A stretch of DNA of 55,806 nt from a virus (taxonomy: Duplodnaviria > Caudoviricetes). The notes under the pieces are model-generated. The model did no database searches. It saw nothing but the letters and a program-made list of their open reading frames with translations, and was not told where the DNA came from. Positions 38,669 to 48,401 of the stretch are shown here, one piece after another. How positions within the stretch are numbered: position 1 is the first letter of the stretch; every line of letters starts with the position of its first letter. The stretch lies in IMG/VR virus record IMGVR_UViG_3300018890_000004, positions 1 to 55,806 of that record; one strand, given 5' to 3'. The position numbers and the translations under genes are program-made.

Positions 38669-40128
38669 CCGATATTCCCCCCGCTTCTAATGATTTTTCT
38701 GGTGATTTTAATCTAGATTCATCAGGTCTGATGCGCATTTTGTCACTGTTTAGAGACAAAAATCAAAATGCAGATATATCAGGTGATGCGAGATTTCACA
38801 GGCTCAATGATATTGAACTTGAGAATTTATTTAGAACTTCAAATTTAATAAAAAAAATTATTAGAAAATATCCTGAAGAGTCTAAATCTGTAGGATATCA
38901 AATTGTAAACGGCGATGGAAAAGTAATAGAAGAAAATAACGAAATTATCCTAGAAGCTGTTAAAGAAGCCTCTATCTTTTCAAGGCTATATGGTAAATGT
39001 TATTTGAAATTGCTATTCAATGACAACGAAATAAGACCTCTAAAGCGGGGGTCTGATGTTATAGGTTTTGAAATACATTTCAACATAGTAAAAGAAGGTG
39101 ATTTTTACATAATTGATGATGAGCCTGTTCACCATGAGAGGGTTATAACTTTCATAGGTATAAGGTCTTATGCAAAAATGGCAAAACCTGATGATGATGA
39201 TTATGCTGACTCTGCTATACAGGGAATGTATAATTCATTTCAGGATTTTATGGACAATAACGCCTCTGCTAAGCACTTGCTGCAAAACCTAAGTTATCTA
39301 TCAATTGGAATTGATAACCTAGGGTCAATGACCATGAGCAATGAAGGACAAGAAAAGGTGTTTGGCAGGTTGACAGCGCTTAACCTAAACCGAAATATCA
39401 CGCGCACAGTAGCCTATGATAAGCGCACAGAGGAGTTAAATTTCATATCACAGACTATATCAGGTGTAAAAGAAATTATCGATGAAATGAAACAGATTTT
39501 CGTAGCAGAATCTGAGTATCCTGCTGAGGAGATATTTGAAGAGTCACCAACACAAAAGTTAGGAAGTGGTATACAAAATCAGTTAGTCTCTCGTTATTTA
39601 TGGGCTAGACGTGTTCGTAATTGGGTTATTAACAATTGGTTAGAGTACTATAAAACAATTTTTGAAAGAATCCGAAACATGGAAGGGTTAAAGATAGAAA
39701 TCCCCTTCATAGTTGACCTTACAGACGATGAAAAAGCAGAGATACAAAACAAAGGAGCAACAAGAACCAAGACACTAATAGAAGCGGGGGTGATAACACC
39801 TGAAGAGGCTAGAACAGGGTACAAAGATGATAAATTCACCCTGAACATAGAACTTGATGAAGCAGCTTTTGCAGAAATGAAAAAGCAAAAATTAGAGGAG
39901 AGTCAAGCTGCTTTACAAAAACCATCCCCCGCTTTAACTGAGGATGCAGACATCATACCAGATGATAAGTTTTGGGATTCTCTAGCCACAGTTACTTTCA
40001 ATGATTTGGATGATATCGCATATGAAATATCACCAGAAAATCAAGATATTGGTGGATTTTTAACACTGGAGCAATTTACAGGGGCTAAAAGATTTTTAAC
40101 TCTAGAGGAATTTATAAACGAATTATGA
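38665..40128 (+). CDS. portal protein (DUF1073-like)
   Basis: L..L.....L..KII...PEE, RLYG, VH.ERVI.F.G, EKAEI and GVITPEEAR motifs. Confidence 0.85.
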   Translation: MTDIPPASNDFSGDFNLDSSGLMRILSLFRDKNQNADISGDARFHRLNDIELENLFRTSNLIKKIIRKYPEESKSVGYQIVNGDGKVIEENNEIILEAVKEASIFSRLYGKCYLKLLFNDNEIRPLKRGSDVIGFEIHFNIVKEGDFYIIDDEPVHHERVITFIGIRSYAKMAKPDDDDYADSAIQGMYNSFQDFMDNNASAKHLLQNLSYLSIGIDNLGSMTMSNEGQEKVFGRLTALNLNRNITRTVAYDKRTEELNFISQTISGVKEIIDEMKQIFVAESEYPAEEIFEESPTQKLGSGIQNQLVSRYLWARRVRNWVINNWLEYYKTIFERIRNMEGLKIEIPFIVDLTDDEKAEIQNKGATRTKTLIEAGVITPEEARTGYKDDKFTLNIELDEAAFAEMKKQKLEESQAALQKPSPALTEDADIIPDDKFWDSLATVTFNDLDDIAYEISPENQDIGGFLTLEQFTGAKRFLTLEEFINEL

Positions 40129-41348
40129 TAAATTTTAACCCAAATTTACCAGTATATGAAATATTTACTACTGGCGGTAGCATATTTGCAGTCAATTTTA
40201 AATCTGAAATTGAAGCAGAAGAAAACTATCTTTTAGAGCATCCTATCGATGGCTATTTAGGTATAGGGGAAGTAACACCAATAGATTTGAATGATGACGG
40301 TGAGGATTGCAACCTAGACGGGGGTTGCCCAGCCGATAGAATTATCAGAGGTGCCAAGGGTCGTTTTGCTGGTTGTCGTCCTGCTGGCGGTGGCGGTGGC
40401 GGGGGTGGTGCGGCAGCATCAGAAGCTGAAGTGCCAAAAACAATAAACTCTAAAACCAACCTTGCACAATTGCGAGCGATAGCCCAAAAGGAAGGTGTAG
40501 AAGTCCCTACAAAGGGTGCAAACAAGCGTCAGACGTGGATTGATGCTATTGAGAAAAAGGCAGGGGATAAATACAAAGGTAAGACGGGTAGACCGAGTAG
40601 TAAAAGCGGGGGTGAACCTGTTAAGAAAACACAGACAGCAGCCCCCGCTTCTACTGGTCGCCCAGCTTTCAAAAGTAGTGATAACATTGACAAAATTGAT
40701 AAAGATTTGGTCTCATGGCGTAAAGATTATAAAGACATAAATAATATTCTCAAAAAGAACAGGCTAGAAAGAAACATTTCTATTAATGAAGCTTTGCTCA
40801 AGTCTCCAAACAAAGATGTTGTAGAAAGAGCGCAAAAAGCTATTGATGATGATAAGTTTACACTTTCGCAAATAACACCAAAAATACCGAAGGATAGCCC
40901 ATATTTAAATGTAGATAATCCTGATAGATTAAGTGGTAATTACTTAATAGGTGGCTTAGTTGCAGATTCTAAAGGTTCTGAAAAAATAGCCGTCTATGAT
41001 GGCAAAGGCAACGTACAAGCAGCAGCAGCCTATCAAAAAATAGACCAGGAATACATAGATAACTTTGGAGGGAAAGACCCTCATATTTATGTTGATTACC
41101 TTGCCACGGCACCCTGGAACATAGCAAAAACTGATAAAACTGTAAGAGGTGCAGGTACTGAGGCAATCATAAGCGCGGTAGAACTAAGTAAGAAAGAGGG
41201 TTTTGATGGTCGTGTTAGACTTTCACCTACTGACGATGCTAAGCCATTCTACGACAAGTTAGGATTTAAACTTGATAAAGATTCGGGTTACGACTACGAA
41301 TTATCTCCGCAAGATGCTAAAATACTGTTATCCAAAGTAGGTAGATAA
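40125..41348 (+). CDS. multidomain head-module protein with C-terminal GNAT acetyltransferase
   Basis: IYVDYLATAPWN...RGAGT...L.P...A.PFY.KLGF GNAT motifs. Also RGAKGRF, a Gly linker and a Rho-N-like domain. Confidence 0.8.
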   Translation: MINFNPNLPVYEIFTTGGSIFAVNFKSEIEAEENYLLEHPIDGYLGIGEVTPIDLNDDGEDCNLDGGCPADRIIRGAKGRFAGCRPAGGGGGGGGAAASEAEVPKTINSKTNLAQLRAIAQKEGVEVPTKGANKRQTWIDAIEKKAGDKYKGKTGRPSSKSGGEPVKKTQTAAPASTGRPAFKSSDNIDKIDKDLVSWRKDYKDINNILKKNRLERNISINEALLKSPNKDVVERAQKAIDDDKFTLSQITPKIPKDSPYLNVDNPDRLSGNYLIGGLVADSKGSEKIAVYDGKGNVQAAAAYQKIDQEYIDNFGGKDPHIYVDYLATAPWNIAKTDKTVRGAGTEAIISAVELSKKEGFDGRVRLSPTDDAKPFYDKLGFKLDKDSGYDYELSPQDAKILLSKVGR

Positions 41349-41349
41349 C

Positions 41350-41488
41350 CATGGTTGACCAAAATTTTTTAGATGAACTGTATCAATTAGAAGAGGAATG
41401 CACGCCGCTAGTCAGTAAAGATGTAAAGAAAAAACCCCCAAAAAATGATAAAGGTGATAAAATAGAAAAACCAAAAACTCAGGGTTAA
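41350..41488 (+). CDS. small charged peptide (45 aa, ATG at about 41351, not in ORF track)
   Basis: MVDQNFLDELYQLEEEC...KTQG fills the gap between GNAT and the next gene. Confidence 0.5.
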
Positions 41489-41492
41489 TGCC

Positions 41493-41723
41493 ATGTTTGA
41501 TGATTTTGCGGAATCGATGATCGAGTACATTAAAGCGGGGGATGCTTACGACTACGAAACATTTGTAACAAATTGTATGGGATTGGGCGACTCTGAAAAA
41601 GAAATGGCAGCCGCGATACTTCGCTATATGTCACCTATCACAGACGACCCCAACATAAAAATGAGATTCAAAATTTGTGTATCTGAATTGCAAAAGGTTG
41701 ATGCATACATCACTTACAGTTAG
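41493..41723 (+). CDS. hypothetical protein
   Basis: 76 aa, operon context. Confidence 0.65.
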   Translation: MFDDFAESMIEYIKAGDAYDYETFVTNCMGLGDSEKEMAAAILRYMSPITDDPNIKMRFKICVSELQKVDAYITYS

Positions 41724-42411
41724 TAAAGCACCTTTACTAAAATTTAATTGGGACGCTTTACCAAGTGAAATCTATTATGATTACAAGGTAAAGCGTTTTC
41801 GTTTTTCTGGAGGTTCCCCCGCTTCCCCGCAACGAGGAACCTTTATCAGTAGAGCCGATGCAATAGAACTACAGCGTAATTATTTAAGCCGTATCACGCG
41901 TGAATTTGTATCCTTGGCACCTCGTATAATTTCAGGTGAAATAGGAGTCTACAAAGAAGCAGGAGAACTTTTAAAAAAAATTCACTTGAGCAACACAATT
42001 ATAGAAGCGGGGGGCATAGACCGATTAACACAATCTCAGTTAGGCACTATAGGAAACATCTTAAAAAAACAATACTACGCGGGTAAAGATGATGAAACTG
42101 GCAAATCATACGGTCTAAAACACCTTTTTAAAGAGGTGGCAGCCACCCCCGATTATAGTAAATCAATGTTGACAAATAGGCTCACCATGTATGCAGAATC
42201 GGGCAAAATTTCAGGTTCAACTGTTAAGCAGTCTATAGAATTGCTCAATGGAAAAACCGAAATGAAACGCATACTTGGCGCTACTGATGCTCATTGTGAA
42301 GATTGTTTAAGATACGCGTCAGCAAGTTATCAACCAATAGGGGTTTTACCACTTCCTAAAACTGCGTGTAGGTGTCGCACAAGGTGCTTGTGTACTGTTG
42401 TATACCGCTAA
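41701..42411 (+). CDS. minor head protein (MuF-like)
   Basis: C-terminal HCEDC...LP.P...C.C...C.C motif and G.FISR N-terminal motif. Confidence 0.7.
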   Translation: MHTSLTVSKAPLLKFNWDALPSEIYYDYKVKRFRFSGGSPASPQRGTFISRADAIELQRNYLSRITREFVSLAPRIISGEIGVYKEAGELLKKIHLSNTIIEAGGIDRLTQSQLGTIGNILKKQYYAGKDDETGKSYGLKHLFKEVAATPDYSKSMLTNRLTMYAESGKISGSTVKQSIELLNGKTEMKRILGATDAHCEDCLRYASASYQPIGVLPLPKTACRCRTRCLCTVVYR

Positions 42412-42483
42412 TCTATCCAATTGCATATACAAACATCTAGAGGAATATGTTAAAATGTAAATACTCCTCTAGATATATTAATA

Positions 42484-42753
42484 ATGACACACCCCACAAA
42501 AGGTCAAAAAACAACTAGGGAAAAAGTAAATACTTCAAAGTCGAGAAAAGATAGAATTCTTGACTACATTAACAAGAATCACAACAAAAAGTTTTCAATT
42601 GTTGACATTTTTAACCAGTTCAGTTTTAACACTGATACGGGAACAATTCGAGGAATTTTAGAAGAATTGTACAAAGAACAGCTAATAGAATCAGAAATTG
42701 ATACCAGCCCTAAAGGTGGTAACACATTGTACTTTTCTAAAAATGCGTTGTAA
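42484..42753 (+). CDS. winged-helix DNA-binding protein
   Basis: RILDYI...S..DI......GTIRGILEEL....LIE......GG...YF. Confidence 0.65.
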   Translation: MTHPTKGQKTTREKVNTSKSRKDRILDYINKNHNKKFSIVDIFNQFSFNTDTGTIRGILEELYKEQLIESEIDTSPKGGNTLYFSKNAL

Positions 42754-42783
42754 TGGCTGATAGTCTAGAAGCGGGGGGCTGAT

Positions 42784-43617
42784 ATGTGGACAGAAGAAGA
42801 ATTAGACTTTGAAATAACTAAAGAAAAAGTTGCAGAGATGCAGCTACATCTGATAAAGCAACTGTATCCAGATGGTTTTTTTGACCGTATCAGCAATTTT
42901 GATTACGGGTTTCATGTAACTGTGGTAGCTGCTACGCCGTTACCCCAGCATCTGGTTTATTTGGGTATGCATCAATGTTACTCTACAGAGGCTGTTGCAT
43001 GGTCTTCTAAGCTCACAGAATCCGAATGTGGACAAATTGACGTTAAGAGACTTTTAGAGGGTGGCAAGGGTCACTATAGCCCCTATGAACACGCATCAAT
43101 TACTTTTGTGATTGAAGGTGTCAATCATGGCACCCTTCAGCAGTTGCTTAGGTCACGTATCGGCGTTAGTCCATCTGTACAGTCGTTTAGGTATACGTCA
43201 AACCATATTCTAGAAGCTGCCAGTGGAGAACGAGATATTGAAAAAGTTGTTTACATCCGTCCACCTGGCACATATCACGATAGGGAATCGGGAATTTACT
43301 CCTACGATCCATCAACAAGAGCAGAAGATTTGAGCCTGTGTAGCTTCCTAGTAAAGCACGTGGCAAAGCGTCTTAAAAACGGAATGCCCCCTGAGCAAGC
43401 CAGAGGACAGCTACCATTTGATTATCGGCAAAACGCCATAATTACCTATAACGCACGCTCTCTTATGGGATTTTTCGACCGTAGAAGCAAGCGTGATGCA
43501 CAAAATGAAATACAAATCTTAACTAAGTTGTTGATGGAAAAATTTATCTGTTGGGTACCGGAAACAGCAGAATACTACATGAAAAATAGGGCAGGTAAGG
43601 CTTTACTTTCTCCGTAG
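42784..43617 (+). CDS. thyX: FAD-dependent thymidylate synthase
   Basis: GHYSPYEH, Q..RSR..SPSVQSFRY, EQARG.LP, N.RSL..F...R....AQ.EI. Confidence 0.92.
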   Translation: MWTEEELDFEITKEKVAEMQLHLIKQLYPDGFFDRISNFDYGFHVTVVAATPLPQHLVYLGMHQCYSTEAVAWSSKLTESECGQIDVKRLLEGGKGHYSPYEHASITFVIEGVNHGTLQQLLRSRIGVSPSVQSFRYTSNHILEAASGERDIEKVVYIRPPGTYHDRESGIYSYDPSTRAEDLSLCSFLVKHVAKRLKNGMPPEQARGQLPFDYRQNAIITYNARSLMGFFDRRSKRDAQNEIQILTKLLMEKFICWVPETAEYYMKNRAGKALLSP

Positions 43618-43677
43618 AAAATGTTAGAATCATGTCAACCGCAACGGCAAACGCCGAAGCAAGCACCCTGATAGCTG

Positions 43678-43715
43678 AAAACCCCCTTATCTCTGAGTAG
43701 GATAAGGGGGTTTTT
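43678..43715. terminator. bidirectional terminator between convergent operons
   Basis: AAAACCCCTTATC-loop-GATAAGGGGGTTTTT. Confidence 0.85.
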
Positions 43716-43716
43716 C

Positions 43717-43950
43717 TCATTCAATCAGTTTTATCGGGTTCAGTGGCAACTTTGTAAACTGGTTGCCTATGTGGTAATCGGGGGGTTCCATCACCTTTCT
43801 CACAACCTCCAATTGCACCCCCGCTTCTATTATTGCCTGAGCGTGTTCTGGAATATCTGCCAAGTCTCCATTATCTGCTGCATAGCCAATTAGCTCAATC
43901 AGTCCTTTAATCTGGCTTAAATCCAATTGTACAGGGTGTAATCTTCTCAT
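43717..43950 (-). CDS. hypothetical protein
   Basis: ATGA overlap with the upstream gene. Confidence 0.7.
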   Translation of the reverse strand: MRRLHPVQLDLSQIKGLIELIGYAADNGDLADIPEHAQAIIEAGVQLEVVRKVMEPPDYHIGNQFTKLPLNPIKLIE

Positions 43951-44198
43951 GCTTCACTCCAAGTAACAACACCTTCTAATTTATATCTGCCTATGGGTGG
44001 CGGGGGCAATACGACGGGAGTCCAATACAGCACCTCATCAAAATTTAAAAACTGGTCAGTATATCCGTAGTTTAGAACCCTTTCACGCGTAGTTGTTCCC
44101 AAATGAACACCCAACGAACGGTCAATGTAGAAAATCAAATCACCCACATCGGGTTTTATTTCGCTCATCAGATGCCACACGCCATTAACGTTATCCAT
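43947..44198 (-). CDS. DUF551-like protein
   Basis: W...SE.KP...V.YW.P..LP.PP pattern. Confidence 0.6.
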   Translation of the reverse strand: MDNVNGVWHLMSEIKPDVGDLIFYIDRSLGVHLGTTTRERVLNYGYTDQFLNFDEVLYWTPVVLPPPPIGRYKLEGVVTWSEA

Positions 44199-44419
44199 TA
44201 TGCCCACCCTTCTATAGGTAATTCTGGAATGATTATCGGACACCAAAAAACAACAATTTCAGCGTTAATTAGCTTTTTTGATATAACCAGTTGAAAAAAC
44301 AATTGGTTATTAGTTTGCACAGCACACGCAATATGGATGTGTTTACCTTTGATAGCTATAAAAACCATGTCACCGTTGTTAGGTGTATCTGGAAAAAGCT
44401 TAATCCATTCTTGTTTCAT
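44198..44419 (-). CDS. DUF551-like protein
   Basis: EWIK...TP..GD.V...VVFWCP..IPELP, AAGGAG SD. Confidence 0.6.
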   Translation of the reverse strand: MKQEWIKLFPDTPNNGDMVFIAIKGKHIHIACAVQTNNQLFFQLVISKKLINAEIVVFWCPIIIPELPIEGWA

Positions 44420-44455
44420 AATCTCCTTGTAAGACCCCCTGAAGGGGTCTATATT

Positions 44456-44881
44456 TTACTTCTTGGTTGGACGTTTTCTAGTTGCTCTAGGTTTTGCTGC
44501 TGGTTTTTCAGTTTCTGTTGCAGTAGAAGCGGGGGGCGGTGTTGGCTCCTCTTTCACCTTGGTTTCAATGTTGATTTCTTGGTATCCGCCAGGGACAAAA
44601 GACCGTCTACCAGTCTTCTTAAAAAGTTGGTCAACTACATCGGCAATAAATTCCTGCTTTTCAATAATGAGTGTTAATAATTCCAAGTTTAAAAATAACT
44701 GTTCCTGGTTTTCCATGAAACAATCAGCACCCCTGTATGGTTCAAAAACATCATAAATCAATTCCTCTTTTATAAACGCCCTTGCATATTGAAAAACTTT
44801 ATCACTGATGAGGCTCTCCAAACCCATTTCAGAACAAATGTAACCGTTCTCTGTTTTATCAATTCGAGCTATTTTCGACAT
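44456..44881 (-). CDS. hypothetical protein
   Basis: Downstream of the minus-strand operator-promoter 44920-44948. Confidence 0.75.
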   Translation of the reverse strand: MSKIARIDKTENGYICSEMGLESLISDKVFQYARAFIKEELIYDVFEPYRGADCFMENQEQLFLNLELLTLIIEKQEFIADVVDQLFKKTGRRSFVPGGYQEINIETKVKEEPTPPPASTATETEKPAAKPRATRKRPTKK

Positions 44882-44950
44882 TTGAGTAAAGCACCTTTAC
44901 TACTTGGTTTACTTAATTAATACTAACGAACATCTAGACGATTGTCAAGG

Positions 44951-45358
44951 CTAATCTGAATATTTATTGATGATATATATCAACTCCTGTTTTGACTCTG
45001 TAAAGTAAAGTATTATAGCAGATTCCTCGCTCTTGACACCAAAAGTGTAGAACCTTTTTAACACTTTCCAGTTATCATCCTTTAGATATTTATGTTTGAC
45101 TAGACCATCCTCTACACCCCCTTGAAGGTTGCTTAAATCGGGGGGATGACCGGGAACAGGTTTGATATTAAATTGGAAGACCATAGAGTGAAATTCGGGG
45201 GGTATGGTCAAACCTGTAGTTGTGATGTACTGGTTAAATTGCTCTTGCCATTTCCTATAGTTTCCTATCGAGTGTGTCATATTTCCGTATTTCCCAAGCT
45301 GACCGCGTGGTTTGGGATGTGCTTTCATAGGTAGGAAAATTTTTCTTATAGTCATCAA
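44951..45358 (-). CDS. rusA: RusA-like Holliday junction resolvase
   Basis: P.PR at the N-terminus and PDLSNL.GGVEDGL......DDN catalytic motif. Confidence 0.8.
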   Translation of the reverse strand: MMTIRKIFLPMKAHPKPRGQLGKYGNMTHSIGNYRKWQEQFNQYITTTGLTIPPEFHSMVFQFNIKPVPGHPPDLSNLQGGVEDGLVKHKYLKDDNWKVLKRFYTFGVKSEESAIILYFTESKQELIYIINKYSD

Positions 45359-45560
45359 ACGTAAGCCCCCTTTGCTCTAAATACTTAATCAAAGCTAGTA
45401 AATCAGTCAGCTTAGTAGATGAGAAATTTGAAGATTCCCATCTACTAATTGAACCCAGTGATACACCAATTGCTTGAGCTACTTCACTCTGTGTTATGCC
45501 TGCTAGAGTGCGCTTTCTGACAATATCTTGAACTAGCCTAACTATGCTCTCTGATTGCAT
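45255..45560 (-). CDS. XRE-family HTH transcriptional regulator
   Basis: R.LAGITQSEVAQAIGVSLGSISRWES. Confidence 0.85.
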   Translation of the reverse strand: MQSESIVRLVQDIVRKRTLAGITQSEVAQAIGVSLGSISRWESSNFSSTKLTDLLALIKYLEQRGLTFDDYKKNFPTYESTSQTTRSAWEIRKYDTLDRKL

Positions 45561-46048
45561 AAGTAATCAATTACTTTTTGTAGAAGGAAGTGAGGAACAA
45601 ACCCCCCGCTTTTGTATCTCTCAGCAGCTTTTTTAACAGCCAACTCTTCATAGTATTTATTTTCATCCATAGTATAAGTAATTATAACATCGTCTATACA
45701 TTCATCACTTTTTTTTCTTTCAGGTTTATTTTGATAGCTGTGTATAAACTGTGTTATACGCTTACCCCATAAATGATAGTCGGAGTCATTTTTGTGAAAT
45801 TGAGCTTCTAACTGTTCCAAATCAAAGCTATCTTGACCAATGTCCAAAGGCTCAGATTTAGAAGGATGCTTGTCACCTGGGTAAGGAATCCATCCTTTCT
45901 TAATTAACCTGACACCATACAAATAAGATGTTAAATCGGGGGTGGGTGATGTTGGATATTCCCCCGCGTATTCAATCCACTTTTCCCCGTTATGTTTCCA
46001 AAGTTTGCAGGTATCTGAGTCTTCCGTTTTTCTTTTCTTAGCTGCCAT
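45542..46048 (-). CDS. hypothetical protein
   Basis: First gene after minus-strand operator-promoter 46075-46103. Confidence 0.7.
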   Translation of the reverse strand: MAAKKRKTEDSDTCKLWKHNGEKWIEYAGEYPTSPTPDLTSYLYGVRLIKKGWIPYPGDKHPSKSEPLDIGQDSFDLEQLEAQFHKNDSDYHLWGKRITQFIHSYQNKPERKKSDECIDDVIITYTMDENKYYEELAVKKAAERYKSGGFVPHFLLQKVIDYLCNQRA

Positions 46049-46173
46049 ATATAATCCCGTCGCGTTCTTTATCCATACTAACAATCATCTAGATGTTTGT
46101 CAAGCAGCTTTACCAAAAAAAATGCACCTTTGTTAGAGGTGCATGAGGGGAGGACATATTGTGGATGGAAAAT

Positions 46174-47649
46174 TTACCTAGCTGTAATCAGATGGTCGTC
46201 AGTCTCAATAACAGTAGGCTCTGAGGCTGACGGTGTTGCAGGTGGCTCTATAACTGGGATTTCTTCTTCGCTTGCAGTTGCTTCAGGTGCCACAGTGGTT
46301 GCACTTTTGGCATCAGTTACAACAGGTGGTAAAAACTTTTGAGTAGTTGCAGCAAACTTATGAAGCGTTTTGTGGTATTTGTCGTAATTGTCACCGCCAG
46401 CCTCTTTAATATCATCGGCAATTTTAGCGATGTCACTCATAGCAATGGTGACTAGCTCATTAATACCAGCAAACAGTGTGAGAACAGTATCAGCAGCTAA
46501 AACGTTTGTATGCTGCTTAACTAGCTCTAAACTGCTTTCTAAATGCTCCCTAACGTTTTTGACATTTTCAAGTTTTGCCACATCAGAAGGTATGCTGTAA
46601 ACCCGTGAAATAACTTGCTCAGCATCTTGCACATAACGCTCTTTAGTAACAGTAGGCTTGGGAGAAGCGCCACCTGTAGAACCCGGGGCGGGGGGAGTTG
46701 AACCTTCCGGAGAAGTAGAACCAGTACTACCCCCCGCTTTAGCTGCATCATCCTTGGCTTTTGCTTCCTCAGTCAAATCATTAAAATAGTCAATAATAGC
46801 ACTTTTGTAAATGCTGAAGTCTTCAAAAATTTCTACTTTGCCTTCTTTATGCTTTAGAGCGTTTGTTTGAGCCTTTATCCACAATGTGTCTAAATACTTA
46901 TCAATTGATTGATGCAGTTGTTGCTTATCTAAGCCAGGCTCAAACCCTGTTACTTTTTGTATTAGCGTTGCGGCTGCGTCAACACTGATTTTTTCATTTC
47001 TGATATATTCATGAAGCGTTGGGCTTCCATTTTCAATTACCGTGTTATATTGGCTGAGGTTTTGCTTTGTGCGCTTGAACATCAAACAAAGCTTACGAGT
47101 TGCTTCACCTCTAGCTTTCTTTTCATTCATGCCAGATGCAACAAATTCATTTTGAAATTGTATCTTAAGATTATAGGCTAAATTAGCTATATCATAAGGA
47201 TTATGTTTTTTTGTAAAGTCATTGGTTGATACCTGAAAATCAATAGCATCTTCAAGTGTCAACGGTTCTGTAAAGAGCTTATAGGGAACAAGCTTAAAAT
47301 TGTCATCTTTAAGCTCTAAAGTAACTTTGCTGTCTTTTTTCTCTTCACCACCCTCTACTTCTTGTTTTCTTTCAACCCATAACTCAAAAAGCGCTCTAGT
47401 GCGGGTGTTTCCTGAAACAATATATTTTATACCAGTTTCAGGGTCTTGCTCAACTGCAAAAGCCTCTTTTACTTCAATATCATGGTTAGTGTTAACCAGC
47501 GCCACACGCTTTTCAGCAACTGAATCGGTATCTGTAGTTTGACGAATATAAAACTCTGGGCGACAAAAAGCCCAAGTCTTATCTTCAAAAAATGCTTTAT
47601 GTAAATCACCCACTGAAATGTAAAACGTTTCTTCTGATAGTGTAGCCAT
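46174..47649 (-). CDS. ParB-like protein (ParB/Srx N-domain plus HTH)
   Basis: YIVSGNTRTRAL resembles the GxxRxxA patch. Followed by HTH-like KLCLMFKRTKQNLSQY and L..YI...KISVDAA. Confidence 0.65.
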   Translation of the reverse strand: MATLSEETFYISVGDLHKAFFEDKTWAFCRPEFYIRQTTDTDSVAEKRVALVNTNHDIEVKEAFAVEQDPETGIKYIVSGNTRTRALFELWVERKQEVEGGEEKKDSKVTLELKDDNFKLVPYKLFTEPLTLEDAIDFQVSTNDFTKKHNPYDIANLAYNLKIQFQNEFVASGMNEKKARGEATRKLCLMFKRTKQNLSQYNTVIENGSPTLHEYIRNEKISVDAAATLIQKVTGFEPGLDKQQLHQSIDKYLDTLWIKAQTNALKHKEGKVEIFEDFSIYKSAIIDYFNDLTEEAKAKDDAAKAGGSTGSTSPEGSTPPAPGSTGGASPKPTVTKERYVQDAEQVISRVYSIPSDVAKLENVKNVREHLESSLELVKQHTNVLAADTVLTLFAGINELVTIAMSDIAKIADDIKEAGGDNYDKYHKTLHKFAATTQKFLPPVVTDAKSATTVAPEATASEEEIPVIEPPATPSASEPTVIETDDHLITAR

Positions 47650-47873
47650 GGTTTTTCTTTCTCGTTCGTGTTTTTTCTGACTCTTAAATACTAACAGTGA
47701 TTACATAAAAAAAGCAATAGTTTATCCATAAATATTTATCTGTATAATCATCTATACGATAAGTAATACATATGCTATTTTTCATAATAATCAAGCAGCT
47801 TTACCAAAAATGTGTTAATAAAAAACCCCCGACTGTAGAAGCGGGGGGTAGTTTATGACCATTCGTATACATT

Positions 47874-48401
47874 CTAGTATGGCGGCTCTCCCATCATGTT
47901 GCTTTTGTCGTAGTGGCATACAAAGTAATCCCATGAGCCGTCTGAGGCTAAACCACAGCCTACACGGTTTGCTTTCAGCATTTGGGTGAAGTGTGCTACA
48001 AGTTCCCATCGTTGTGAGCCATCTTTGACTACATCAGGGAAAATTCCATACCGATAAAATTTAATTTCAGCGCCCCAAGAGTTGACCATATAAGCAAGGT
48101 CATAGCGTCCGGCTGTGCCTTGCCATAAGTTCTCACCTGGTCTACTGTGAATCAGTTTATGATGTACTGATGCCAGTTGTTTAGCCCAAGCATCGGCAGA
48201 AAGTGCTAGATTTTCATCCCATGCAATAGCCCCTAATCCCTGAGCATATCTATACTCGTTGTGAACGCTTAAAACAGTATTGATATCCACGGTCGCCCCC
48301 TCTCTAAATTCGTACCTATAAAACATTAATAGAGCTACCAATATTGCAGATATAGCAACATTGATAAGAATTATTCGCCTAGCGGTTAGCTTCATTGTCA
48401 A
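47874..48401 (-). CDS. CAP (SCP/PR-1) domain protein with N-terminal TM
   Basis: HN.YR...G...I.WD..LA..A..WA, GENL, W..E, HFTQM, VGCG, VCHY signatures. Confidence 0.9.
   Translation of the reverse strand: MTMKLTARRIILINVAISAILVALLMFYRYEFREGATVDINTVLSVHNEYRYAQGLGAIAWDENLALSADAWAKQLASVHHKLIHSRPGENLWQGTAGRYDLAYMVNSWGAEIKFYRYGIFPDVVKDGSQRWELVAHFTQMLKANRVGCGLASDGSWDYFVCHYDKSNMMGEPPY

Noticed and set aside
40380-40415. GGCGGT repeats
   Set aside because: They simply encode the poly-Gly linker of the GNAT protein.
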